From: Candidatus Pacebacteria bacterium CG_4_9_14_0_2_um_filter_40_15
GTDB taxonomy: Bacteria > Patescibacteriota > Microgenomatia > UBA1400 > PJMF01
DNA length: 64,000 nt
Direction of reading: 5' to 3'
NCBI GenBank assembly: GCA_002788675.1
Contig: PFRS01000005.1
Coordinates: 67,731 to 131,730 of the forward strand
Below, piece by piece: positions 28,393 through 37,171 of this stretch (the first letter of the stretch is position 1; each line of letters begins with the position of its first letter). The notes under the pieces are model-generated. The model did no database searches. It was given only the letters and a program-made list of their open reading frames with translations, and was not told the origin of the DNA. A program made the translations under genes and the position numbers.

Positions 28393-29577
28393 TTATTTCT
28401 TTTTCCAGATAAAAAAGTTGTATGCAAAGAAATTCCAGAAAAGGCCAATACCTATGCCACATATTGCAAAGAGCATGCCCGTATCTATAGCAAAACCGAC
28501 TACTGGCACAACAAAGAGATCATGTAGTCCAATCACATTTTCGCCTAACGTATTTATAATAAGTTGAATAATCACCGAGCCAAGTGATGCTGCATTAAAT
28601 GCTAAGAACTTGCCAAGAACCTGATTTGATTCAAGTTTTCGGTCTGCAAATGTCCATAGATTATTCAATATAAAGTTAGAAGCGATTGCTGTCTCAATAC
28701 TAAGCAAAGTAGCAACTAAGAAATTTGAAAAAATCAGGTACTTAAATGTTGGAATCACTAGTCTAAGGAGTGTGAGGGTTGTTAACTGAACAACAGTGCC
28801 TAATCCACCAACAAAAGCAAACTTAAAGATTCGATTATTCAAAACATCATCTACTCTTATTTTAAAGATATAGAGTAATGTATTTTTAATGTATTCAGCA
28901 CCGAGCTTTGATTCTCCAATGGTACGATCTACAAATTTGAATGGTACTTCTTTAACTTTAAAACCTTTTCTAACAGCATTATTTAAAAATCCTATCTGAA
29001 AAGTATATCCCATAAATCGTTCAGAATTTATTAACGGATGCACTGCTTCATAGACGTCCTTAGTAATTGCACGATATCCAGTTGTCCAATCTCTAATACT
29101 AAAATTAGTCAGAACAGTTGCTATAATCATATTTCCAACCACGCTTAAAAACTTACGATGAAATCCCCAGTCAGCAGGTATACCACCACCCTTTATGTAG
29201 CGTGAGCCAAGTACAAAGTCAGCACCGCCATCAATGGCAGCTAAAAACTCTGGGATCTTATCTGGGTCATGAGAAAAATCAGCATCAAATTCAAATATGA
29301 TATCTGCATCGAGCTTAGTAAAAGCTTCGGCCATACCTTTTAAGTATGCGCCTCCTAGACCTGCTTTTTGCTTATTTTGCAAAAGATGGACATTTTTCTC
29401 TTTTTTAGCCATCTCTTTCACAACTTCATACGTTTTATCTGGAGAGGTATCGTCAACAACCAGGACATGCATGTCCCAATTCTTAACGGTTGAAAACACT
29501 TTTTGGAGTGCCGGGACTATTTTTTGGATATTCTCGCGCTCATTGTAGGTAGGAATGATTACAACAGCTTTTTTCAT
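28393..29577 (-). CDS. GT2 polyprenol-phosphate-mannose synthase fused to a GtrA-like domain
   Basis: [32 protein letters not shown]; C-terminal KFAFVGG...NNLWTF...WNF. Confidence 0.9.
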   Translation of the reverse strand: MKKAVVIIPTYNERENIQKIVPALQKVFSTVKNWDMHVLVVDDTSPDKTYEVVKEMAKKEKNVHLLQNKQKAGLGGAYLKGMAEAFTKLDADIIFEFDADFSHDPDKIPEFLAAIDGGADFVLGSRYIKGGGIPADWGFHRKFLSVVGNMIIATVLTNFSIRDWTTGYRAITKDVYEAVHPLINSERFMGYTFQIGFLNNAVRKGFKVKEVPFKFVDRTIGESKLGAEYIKNTLLYIFKIRVDDVLNNRIFKFAFVGGLGTVVQLTTLTLLRLVIPTFKYLIFSNFLVATLLSIETAIASNFILNNLWTFADRKLESNQVLGKFLAFNAASLGSVIIQLIINTLGENVIGLHDLFVVPVVGFAIDTGMLFAICGIGIGLFWNFFAYNFFIWKKK

Positions 29578-30551
29578 AGTTCGTTAACACTCTCTCTTTC
29601 TAGTTCTGCTTCAACCATAATTCGTACTAATTCTTCGAAATCAATTGTAGGTTTCCAACCAAGCTTAGTCCGGGCTTTTTCTGGGCTACCAATAAGAAGA
29701 TCAACTTCAGCAGGCCGATCATATTCAGGATTATGCTTCCAAATGCCTTCCCAATCATCAATTCCAGCAGCTTTTGAAGCTAGCTGTAAAAATTCTCTAA
29801 CTGAATGAGTTTCTCCTGTTGCGATTACATAATCTTCTGGTGTATCTTGCTGAAGCATTAACCACATGGCTTCCACATAGTCTTTTGCATAACCCCAGTC
29901 TCGTTTCGCATCAAGGTTTCCAAGTTCAATATGTGATTGTTTACCCAACTTTACTCGAGCAACTCCATTTGCAATTTTTCGTGTTACGAATTCAAGACCT
30001 CTGCGTGGAGATTCATGATTAAAGAGAATACCTGAGACAGCAAACATATCAAAAGATTCGCGGTAGTTTACCGTAATCCAGTGACCATACACTTTGGCTA
30101 CACCATAGGGAGAGCGTGGGTAGAATGGAGTTGTTTCAACTTGAGGTACTTCCTGCACTTTACCAAACATTTCACTAGAACTTGCTTGGTAAAAACGAGC
30201 CTGAGGACACACAAGTTTCATAGCATCAAGAACTCTTGTGACACCCAGTGCAGTAAATTCACCGGTAAGAACTGGTTGATCCCAACTTGCCTTGACAAAT
30301 GATTGAGCAGCAAGATTATAAATTTCATCTGGTTGTATATCATTGAGCGCATTTGTAAGTGAGTGTTGATCGATTAAATCACCTGAGATTAGTTCTAAAT
30401 TCTCATTATGCACAATTTGTTTAATTCTCTCAAAGTTTTGAGTACTTGTTCGACGAGTCAAACCATACACACGATACCCTTTTTCAAGAAGTGATTCAGC
30501 AAGATATGATCCATCTTGCCCCGTTATACCGGTAATAAATGCTTTTTTCAT
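29574..30551 (-). CDS. gmd: GDP-mannose 4,6-dehydratase
   Basis: [40 protein letters not shown] and RDWG motifs. Confidence 0.96.
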   Translation of the reverse strand: MKKAFITGITGQDGSYLAESLLEKGYRVYGLTRRTSTQNFERIKQIVHNENLELISGDLIDQHSLTNALNDIQPDEIYNLAAQSFVKASWDQPVLTGEFTALGVTRVLDAMKLVCPQARFYQASSSEMFGKVQEVPQVETTPFYPRSPYGVAKVYGHWITVNYRESFDMFAVSGILFNHESPRRGLEFVTRKIANGVARVKLGKQSHIELGNLDAKRDWGYAKDYVEAMWLMLQQDTPEDYVIATGETHSVREFLQLASKAAGIDDWEGIWKHNPEYDRPAEVDLLIGSPEKARTKLGWKPTIDFEELVRIMVEAELERESVNEL

Positions 30552-30559
30552 ACTTTCCT

Positions 30560-31501
30560 TTACTGTTTTCTTTGCCAATCTAAAATTCTTTGTACTGTTT
30601 CACTAAGATCATGTGTCGGGGCCCATCCAAGAGCAGTAATTTTCCCATTATCCGCAATACTGACAGGAATATCAAGAGGCCGAGCAAGTTTTGGATCTTC
30701 AGTAAGATGTACTTCGACACTACTATTTTCTAACAATAGATCAAGCATTTCTTGCATTGAATGGCCTTCAGCAGAACCCAGGTTATACACTTCTCCCGAG
30801 ACACCTTTATCAAATAGAATTTCATACGCGACAACAATATCTTTAACATCGGTGAAGTCTCGAATTCCTGTTAAGTTTCCGACTGAAAGTGACTCTTTTT
30901 CTCCGCGCTCTACTGCAACAATTTGTTGAGCAAATGCTGGCAGAGCAAAAGCTGTTGTTTGTCTTTCACCAGTATGGTTAAACGGTCGAACAGTAACTAC
31001 ATCGAGAGAATATGAGCGAGCATATGCACTGGCCAAAAATTCTTGTGTTAATTTAGAAACTGCATAAGGATTAATAGGTTTAAGTGGAGTTTCCTCGTTT
31101 TGAGCAGCTGCTCTGTCGCTTGAAACTAAACCATACACTGCTGCTGAACTCACCTGTAATAGCCGTGCATTGGGCGTTACAGCTCTCATGGCTTCTAAAA
31201 CAGAAAGCATCAGAGAAGAGTTAATTGTCATCATGCTTTCGGCTTTTTGGAAACTATTCCCAACTGTAGCCACAGAGGCTAGATTAAGAATATAGTCTGG
31301 TTTACATGTTTCAAAACAAGTACGAGTTGCAGCGGCATCTGTCAGATCAAGTATCTCGACACGTACACCTGCTGGAACTTCGCCATTACTTCTGTCTGTA
31401 ATGGTAATGTTAGTGTATCCCTGCAAGAGTAAGTACTCTAACATGTGAGAACCTACAAAGCCTGAACCACCGGTAATAAGAATAGAGGCATCTTTCTGCA
31501 T
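30560..31501 (-). CDS. GDP-4-keto-6-deoxy-D-mannose reductase (Rmd-like SDR)
   Basis: GGSGFVG, PYAVSK, RPFNHTG and [13 protein letters not shown] motifs; adjacent to gmd. Confidence 0.8.
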   Translation of the reverse strand: MQKDASILITGGSGFVGSHMLEYLLLQGYTNITITDRSNGEVPAGVRVEILDLTDAAATRTCFETCKPDYILNLASVATVGNSFQKAESMMTINSSLMLSVLEAMRAVTPNARLLQVSSAAVYGLVSSDRAAAQNEETPLKPINPYAVSKLTQEFLASAYARSYSLDVVTVRPFNHTGERQTTAFALPAFAQQIVAVERGEKESLSVGNLTGIRDFTDVKDIVVAYEILFDKGVSGEVYNLGSAEGHSMQEMLDLLLENSSVEVHLTEDPKLARPLDIPVSIADNGKITALGWAPTHDLSETVQRILDWQRKQ

Positions 31502-31505
31502 ACAA

Positions 31506-32795
31506 TTAGTTTCTTCCAACACCGAGATAGGTATATCCCCACTTTTCTATTATTTTTGGATCAAATTGATTACGTGCATCAATAAAGAATTGTTTTTTCT
31601 TTGCTTTTGTAGAACCATAATCATGAGCTACAATTTCATCCCACTCAATAAGTGAAATAATAACATCTGCATCTTGAACTGCGGCTTCAATAGAAGACTC
31701 AAGTACGATAGGCGTGTCTTTAAGAACTATTTTAGCTGCATCAGTAGCCTTCGGATCATATCCTGAAATTGTGGTTGTATGCTCTGCTAACCATGGTACG
31801 ACTTTAGTGCTAGGCGCATCACGCATATCATCAGTGTTTGGTTTAAATGAGAGCCCCAGAACGGCAACTTTCTTATCCTCCCATTCACCTATCTTCTTTC
31901 CAAACCCCATAAGTAAACGATCAATGCGACCTGAATTAAGTTCATTAACTTTATTAAATAAGTTGTGACCTTCTCCGACAGTTCTGGAGTAATATGCGAG
32001 TTCTTTAACATCTTTTGGGAAACAAGAACCGCCATATCCAAAACCAGGGTACCAATAGTGGCCACCAACACGCTTATCTAGACCGATTGCCGCAATTACT
32101 TCTTGAACATCAGCGCCATTGTGTTCACACAAATCCGCAATTTGGTTAATAAAGGTAATGCGAGTAGCAAGATATGCATTTGCAGCATACTTACCCATCT
32201 GTGCCGATTCTGGTGTAACTTTCACTACTGGTGCATTGAGTGGCTTGTGCAGCTCTTCAAGTACTTCAAAAACGCTCTTTTTACTGGCGCCAAGGACAAT
32301 TCTGTCAGGGTTAAGAGTGTCGTGAACTGCTGTGCCTTCTCGTAAGAACTCAGGAACAGAAGCCAATTCGTACTCTACTGTGGTAGTTTTTTTAAGAATT
32401 TTATCGACTGCTTCAAGGGTTCCGGGTGGAACTGTGGATTTAACAACAATAATTGCACCCTTTTTGATAAACTCTGCAAGCGACTCTGTCGCCGCGTATA
32501 AGTAGGCAAGATTAGCTTTACCTTCTTCTGTTGAAGGTGTCCCCACCGCTATTATGACAATATCGGCATCTGAAACTGCATTCTTGTATGACGTTGTAAA
32601 ACTGAGATTTCCAGTTGCTTGCTGATCTAAAAGTAACTCTTCCAATCCAGGTTCATAAAAAGGAACCTTGCCTTGTCTGAGTGAGGCAACTTTAGCATCA
32701 TCAATATCAAGACCTACAACGGTATGTCCAAATGAGGCATAGACTGCTGCTGAGACAACTCCAACAAATCCTGTGCCTATAATTGTAATCTTCAT
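31506..32795 (-). CDS. ugd: UDP-glucose/GDP-mannose dehydrogenase
   Basis: IGTGFVG, KSTVPPGT, PEFLREG, GYGGSCFPKD and SFKPNTDDMR motifs. Confidence 0.93.
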   Translation of the reverse strand: MKITIIGTGFVGVVSAAVYASFGHTVVGLDIDDAKVASLRQGKVPFYEPGLEELLLDQQATGNLSFTTSYKNAVSDADIVIIAVGTPSTEEGKANLAYLYAATESLAEFIKKGAIIVVKSTVPPGTLEAVDKILKKTTTVEYELASVPEFLREGTAVHDTLNPDRIVLGASKKSVFEVLEELHKPLNAPVVKVTPESAQMGKYAANAYLATRITFINQIADLCEHNGADVQEVIAAIGLDKRVGGHYWYPGFGYGGSCFPKDVKELAYYSRTVGEGHNLFNKVNELNSGRIDRLLMGFGKKIGEWEDKKVAVLGLSFKPNTDDMRDAPSTKVVPWLAEHTTTISGYDPKATDAAKIVLKDTPIVLESSIEAAVQDADVIISLIEWDEIVAHDYGSTKAKKKQFFIDARNQFDPKIIEKWGYTYLGVGRN

Positions 32796-32835
32796 GTGCT
32801 CTTCCTCTCTATCGATAACTCAAGTATACCATTGA

Positions 32836-33789
32836 TTATTGAGGGGTGGAAAAGAGTTTCCATTGGTATCTGCTATAGACCCAATCGGCAAGTGAGCTTG
32901 TATCACTAAATCGATCTTCACTCCCCATCATTACCACTACGATGTCACCAGCATTCTCAGTTTGGTACTGTGATATCAGTACTTGGCCTGCTTTTTCTGT
33001 AGTACCTGTCTTTATACCAACCACCTGAGGATTTTCAAGCAGTAACTGGTTTGTTGTCTGCAACGCGTGAGAAACTGTTTTATCAGTGTTGTAAATAGTT
33101 GCCGAGGCTGATGCTACAGTTTCCTTTATGAGATCATTTTTAATGGCTTCACGTGCCAGAATGTACAGATCATAGGCAGATGAGTAGTGCTTGTCATCAT
33201 CAAAACCAGCTGGGTTTTGAAAATGTGAATTCTGCATACCAATATCTGAAGCAAGAGAATTCATTTGCGCAATAAATCCATCGTAGCCTTGCGGATAATT
33301 GTTGGCTAAAATATAGGCTGCATCATTGCCAGAACTAATCAACATCGCTGTTATTAGATCCTTTACAAGTAATTTTTCACCTTTGTACAAACCAACAACA
33401 TGTCCTTCAGTTGATGCTTCAGATGTAACTGTCAACACGTCATCAAGTGAGTAGGTCTCTAATGCAACAAGAGCTGTCAGTAGTTTGGTCGTTGATGCTG
33501 GTGCTCGCTGAATTGACTCATTCTTCTTAAAAAGCACTGCCCCAGAATCTAGATCTGCTATATACGCTGCTTTTGCTGTAATTTCCAGATCAGCTGCTTT
33601 TGGTGATGCCGAAACTGTCGCAATTTCAGTATTAAGAATGGGAATAGACGATACATCTCGTAAGTAGACAGTAACTTTTTCTGGTTCTGTAACAAGTTGC
33701 TCCGACAGCTGCTGCACCACTACTGTTGCAGTTCCAGCAACAGCAAGCAATATAATCACAACGATACTAATATGTTTCATCTGTTTCAT
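32836..33789 (-). CDS. D-alanyl-D-alanine carboxypeptidase (peptidase S11)
   Basis: PASTTK, SGNDAA and IKTGTT motifs; N-terminal anchor. Confidence 0.92.
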   Translation of the reverse strand: MKQMKHISIVVIILLAVAGTATVVVQQLSEQLVTEPEKVTVYLRDVSSIPILNTEIATVSASPKAADLEITAKAAYIADLDSGAVLFKKNESIQRAPASTTKLLTALVALETYSLDDVLTVTSEASTEGHVVGLYKGEKLLVKDLITAMLISSGNDAAYILANNYPQGYDGFIAQMNSLASDIGMQNSHFQNPAGFDDDKHYSSAYDLYILAREAIKNDLIKETVASASATIYNTDKTVSHALQTTNQLLLENPQVVGIKTGTTEKAGQVLISQYQTENAGDIVVVMMGSEDRFSDTSSLADWVYSRYQWKLFSTPQ

Positions 33790-33819
33790 TGTAGGCAGTT
33801 AGCATAGATGCGCCAAGCC

Positions 33820-35250
33820 TTACTTTGCTTTTTTCTTTGGTGAAGCTGCAACTGCAATATGTAATTCCTTGAGTTGCTCTGCTGAAACTGGACTAGGAGC
33901 ATCCATAACAGCAGTTCTTCCAGATGATGTCATTGGGAACGCTATTGCTTCTTTTAGTGAAGTTTCGTTTGCAAGTATCATAGCTAGGCGATCAAGCCCA
34001 AGTGCAATACCACCATGTGGTGGAGTTCCAACTTCAAATGCTTCAAGCATATGACCTACTCCATCCTGAATTTCTTCATCAGTGTAGCCCATTATTTTAA
34101 AAGTTGATTTCAAAACTTCTGGGTTATGTGCACGGATACTTCCGCCACCAGCCTCGTAGCCATTGCACACCAAATCATACTGAGCGGTAACAATGTCACC
34201 AATGTTTTCACCTTTAAGGTGTTGCTCGACATGCTCAGCAATTGGGGTACTAAATGGATTGTGTGTAAACGTCCAGCCACTCTTTCCGTCAAGAACTTCG
34301 GCTGCATCTGTTGAATCAACCTTCTTGAAGAATGGGAAACTTACCACCCAAGCGAAAGCTAAGACACCTGCTTCTTTTTCTTCTTCTGTACGAATATCGA
34401 ACTTATCTGCACCATATTTTTCAATTGCATCTTTATAGTTAAATACTGGGAAGGATTGATCTTTAAGAACTCCGCCCACTTCTGAAACTGCATGTTTTAC
34501 CATAGCTTCAACAGTGTTCATCACGTCTTCTTGAGTTACAAAACTCATTTCTAAGTCGAGCTGGGTAAACTCAAAACCTCGGTCTGCGCGGAGGTCTTCA
34601 TCACGAATACATCGAGCAACTTGGAAGTAACGTTCAATTCCAGCAGTCATTAATAACTGTTTATATTGTTGTGGTGACTGTGGCAACGCGTAGAATTTTC
34701 CTTCTTGGAATCGTGAAGGCACGATAAAGTCGCGAGCACCTTCTTTTGTAGATTTAGTCAGCATTGGAGTTTCAACTTCAACAAAATCTTCTTTAAATAA
34801 ATATTCTCGAAGAGCTTGAATAAATTGTGAGCGCTTTCGTAGAGCCATATTCATACGAGGTCGACGAAGATCTAAGTAGCGATACTTAAGACGAACTTCT
34901 TCGTGAATTTCTTTACCATCTCCACTGACTGGAATCGGGAGTTCTTTAGCTTTGTTAAGCACTTCATATTCTGTAACTTCAATCTCAACTGCCCCCATTT
35001 TTTGATCTGAGTTGATCATTCTTTCAGGACGAGCTTTAACTAAACCCTTAATTTCAATAACTGATTCGGTGGTGAGCTCTCCCATCATTTGGAACCCAAC
35101 ACACTGCACGCTACCAGATCGATCGCGAAGATCAATAAAGGTAAGCTTGCCGTGATCACGTTTTGTCTCAACCCAACCTTGAAGAATGACTTCTTCACCA
35201 ATTTTTTCAAGTGTTTCTAGAACTAATGTTCTGTCTGTTATGCCATGCAT
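33820..35250 (-). CDS. aspS: Aspartate--tRNA ligase, short form without GAD insertion, probably non-discriminating (Asp/Asn)
   Basis: RDHGKLTFIDLRD, YALPQSPQQYKQLLM, RDEDLRADR and PPHGGIALGLDR motifs; the His in RDHG is typical of non-discriminating enzymes. Confidence 0.95.
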   Translation of the reverse strand: MHGITDRTLVLETLEKIGEEVILQGWVETKRDHGKLTFIDLRDRSGSVQCVGFQMMGELTTESVIEIKGLVKARPERMINSDQKMGAVEIEVTEYEVLNKAKELPIPVSGDGKEIHEEVRLKYRYLDLRRPRMNMALRKRSQFIQALREYLFKEDFVEVETPMLTKSTKEGARDFIVPSRFQEGKFYALPQSPQQYKQLLMTAGIERYFQVARCIRDEDLRADRGFEFTQLDLEMSFVTQEDVMNTVEAMVKHAVSEVGGVLKDQSFPVFNYKDAIEKYGADKFDIRTEEEKEAGVLAFAWVVSFPFFKKVDSTDAAEVLDGKSGWTFTHNPFSTPIAEHVEQHLKGENIGDIVTAQYDLVCNGYEAGGGSIRAHNPEVLKSTFKIMGYTDEEIQDGVGHMLEAFEVGTPPHGGIALGLDRLAMILANETSLKEAIAFPMTSSGRTAVMDAPSPVSAEQLKELHIAVAASPKKKAK

Positions 35251-35298
35251 ATGTTTTTCCTTTTTTTATTTGTCTAGCTTGTATACTTTTTAACTACT

Positions 35299-35490
35299 AA
35301 AAAACCCTCGTCCACACAGAATACTGTGCGTACGAGGGCCTTCATTTCTGAAAACGGTGCCACCTCTGTAGCTTACTTCATTCCTGCTATTACGGGCTTA
35401 CCCGGCTGGTTCTAATAACTCATGGTGAGCGTTCTTCCAGCAGCGCGAACATGTATTCTTGTCTGATGTCTATCAGACTCTGACGCTGTA
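35299..35490 (-). ncRNA. T-box riboswitch leader of aspS (transcriptional)
   Basis: Antiterminator GAGG-UGGCACC-GUUUUCA-GAAA-UGAAGGC-CCUC overlaps the terminator CCCUCGU...ACGAGGG-UUUUUU; F-box-like CCCGUAA; Stem II and Stem III pairings present. Confidence 0.85.
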
Positions 35491-35496
35491 TGTTTG

Positions 35497-35525
35497 ATTA
35501 TACTGCACACTTACTACTATGGCAA
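35497..35525 (-). promoter_or_regulatory. Sigma70 promoter of the aspS T-box leader
   Basis: TTGCCA-17 nt-TATAAT on the minus strand. Confidence 0.75.
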
Positions 35526-35726
35526 GATTAGTCTCACTGACTCAACCAAACTTTTTCTTTCGAACGTATGCCTTTGTCTATTCTTTCCAAGAAAGGTAGC
35601 TCATTCCCTTTATCCTAAACACAAAATATCCAAATTAAACCAGCTTTCCTTATTTACTACAAATGAGTCAATACATCTTGAGTACACATTGCATTTTTTC
35701 CGAGTGTATATACAATCCACATACCT

Positions 35727-35777
35727 ATGAGAAAGCATCCAATTTTTACTCTGCTTCGTCGCAATCATCGTAACTAA
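35727..35777 (+). CDS. Putative leader peptide MRKHPIFTLLRRNHRN
   Basis: Short ORF 10 nt after TACAAT (TTGCAT-16 nt-TACAAT promoter), followed by alternative hairpins and a terminator. Confidence 0.55.
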   Translation: MRKHPIFTLLRRNHRN

Positions 35778-35833
35778 TTTACGGCGGGTAAAATGTGTAC
35801 TAAACAGATGAATCCGCCAAAAGCGGATTTTTT
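35744..35833 (+). promoter_or_regulatory. Putative ribosome-dependent transcription attenuator
   Basis: Segments TTTTACTCTGCTTCGT / ACGGCGGGTAAAA / AATCCGCC / GCGGATT-TTTT can form mutually exclusive 1:2, 2:3 and 3:4 pairings. Confidence 0.6.
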
Positions 35834-35850
35834 AATGCCTTGACAACATA

Positions 35851-37158
35851 ATGAATACAAAAGAAAAATTACTACCAGTTTCAGGCATTGCAATCCCTTC
35901 ATCAATTCTTGAAAAGAAAGTTGATGATAACAGTTTTGCGTTACTCAGACTGTTTGTAAGAATTGTGGGAATTGACGCAGCACGAATTATCTTAGAAACA
36001 ATTGCACAACAAGATTTAAGCCAGAAACTTCCTGCAGACATAGCACAAAATATTAATCTGCTGATCTATGAGCAGATTAGACTACACTTTCCCTCACTTT
36101 CTGAACTCACTGATGACAAAATTCTTATGGAAGCAGATAAAATCTATAATGAAGCTAATTCCATCATTACTAGCATACTCACAATTTCCTTTCCAGGAAT
36201 GAATCTACAACTTGGGCTAAGCAATACCACGGATAATCCGCAACTCAACTTTGCCGAACGGTTAGCCAGACTCTATGATCCTGATTTCACAACCGACCGA
36301 TTTAAATTTGAAATACTTCGACAAGATGTACTCGCACTACTATTACTGTCTGTAGCAGAAAGTAATCATGTAGTGGAAACTACTGAAGTTCTCAATGACA
36401 TAAACCTACTTTTTGAAAACAAGCTCTATGCTGGGAAAATGGGCGATTTGCACTTAAACGAACTGTATTCTGTGCACAGTAATGATTCCAACGAATGTTT
36501 GAGTATTCACCGCACAATTGAAGAAGCACAACTGGTGACTAACACGGAAACTAACACCCACATAAAACACAATGCTTGGAATACCAGATATATTCAGGGT
36601 GTAGGATTTGTATTAGCAAATATGCGGAGAAAAAAGAATTTTTCAATCATTAGAAAAGCTATGAGTGCAGCTCAATCTAAACCTGAACAAAGAGGGTATA
36701 TTGATGTATCAAATCCAAGCTATCTACTTGATACCATGGGATATATGTTTGTGACTCCTGAAGGCACATCGCAAGAACTTTTTGCTGAAGTTTGTTCATT
36801 AATTCAATCAGCCTACCCTACGGCAGAAATGAAATATAAACATTTAGTAGGCACAAATGTTAGACAAGGACAATCAGAAAAGGTGCAATGGTTACGCTGC
36901 CTTTTTTATCTACCAGAGCAACCAAACCCTATTGAAATAGTTGTTATGGAACAGAAAGAGTATTTGGATTACACGCTGGAATTGGACGAGGCACATGAAC
37001 TCTATAATATTCGAAAAAGTGAGGCCGCTGCCAAAATACTCGTTCCTCAAACAGTCTTTAACTATAATCCAGCTGAAGCAAAACAAAAATTTGACAAAAA
37101 TATTCTTAAAATCAAACGTGATTTACTCAAAAAGAATAGAGTTGAAACACAAGCATAA
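35851..37158 (+). CDS. Hypothetical protein with degenerate RelA/SpoT-like nucleotidyltransferase C-terminal domain
   Basis: RRKKNFSIIRK, LDTMGYMFV, PIEIVV and AHELY echo the synthetase motifs RxKxxxSxxxK, DxxGxR, ExQ and HxxY. Confidence 0.6.
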   Translation: MNTKEKLLPVSGIAIPSSILEKKVDDNSFALLRLFVRIVGIDAARIILETIAQQDLSQKLPADIAQNINLLIYEQIRLHFPSLSELTDDKILMEADKIYNEANSIITSILTISFPGMNLQLGLSNTTDNPQLNFAERLARLYDPDFTTDRFKFEILRQDVLALLLLSVAESNHVVETTEVLNDINLLFENKLYAGKMGDLHLNELYSVHSNDSNECLSIHRTIEEAQLVTNTETNTHIKHNAWNTRYIQGVGFVLANMRRKKNFSIIRKAMSAAQSKPEQRGYIDVSNPSYLLDTMGYMFVTPEGTSQELFAEVCSLIQSAYPTAEMKYKHLVGTNVRQGQSEKVQWLRCLFYLPEQPNPIEIVVMEQKEYLDYTLELDEAHELYNIRKSEAAAKILVPQTVFNYNPAEAKQKFDKNILKIKRDLLKKNRVETQA

Positions 37159-37171
37159 TTGCTAACCCATG

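Noticed and set aside
35494-35730. 78-aa ORF in the aspS divergent intergenic region
   Set aside because: TTG start, no motif, and it overlaps both predicted promoters.
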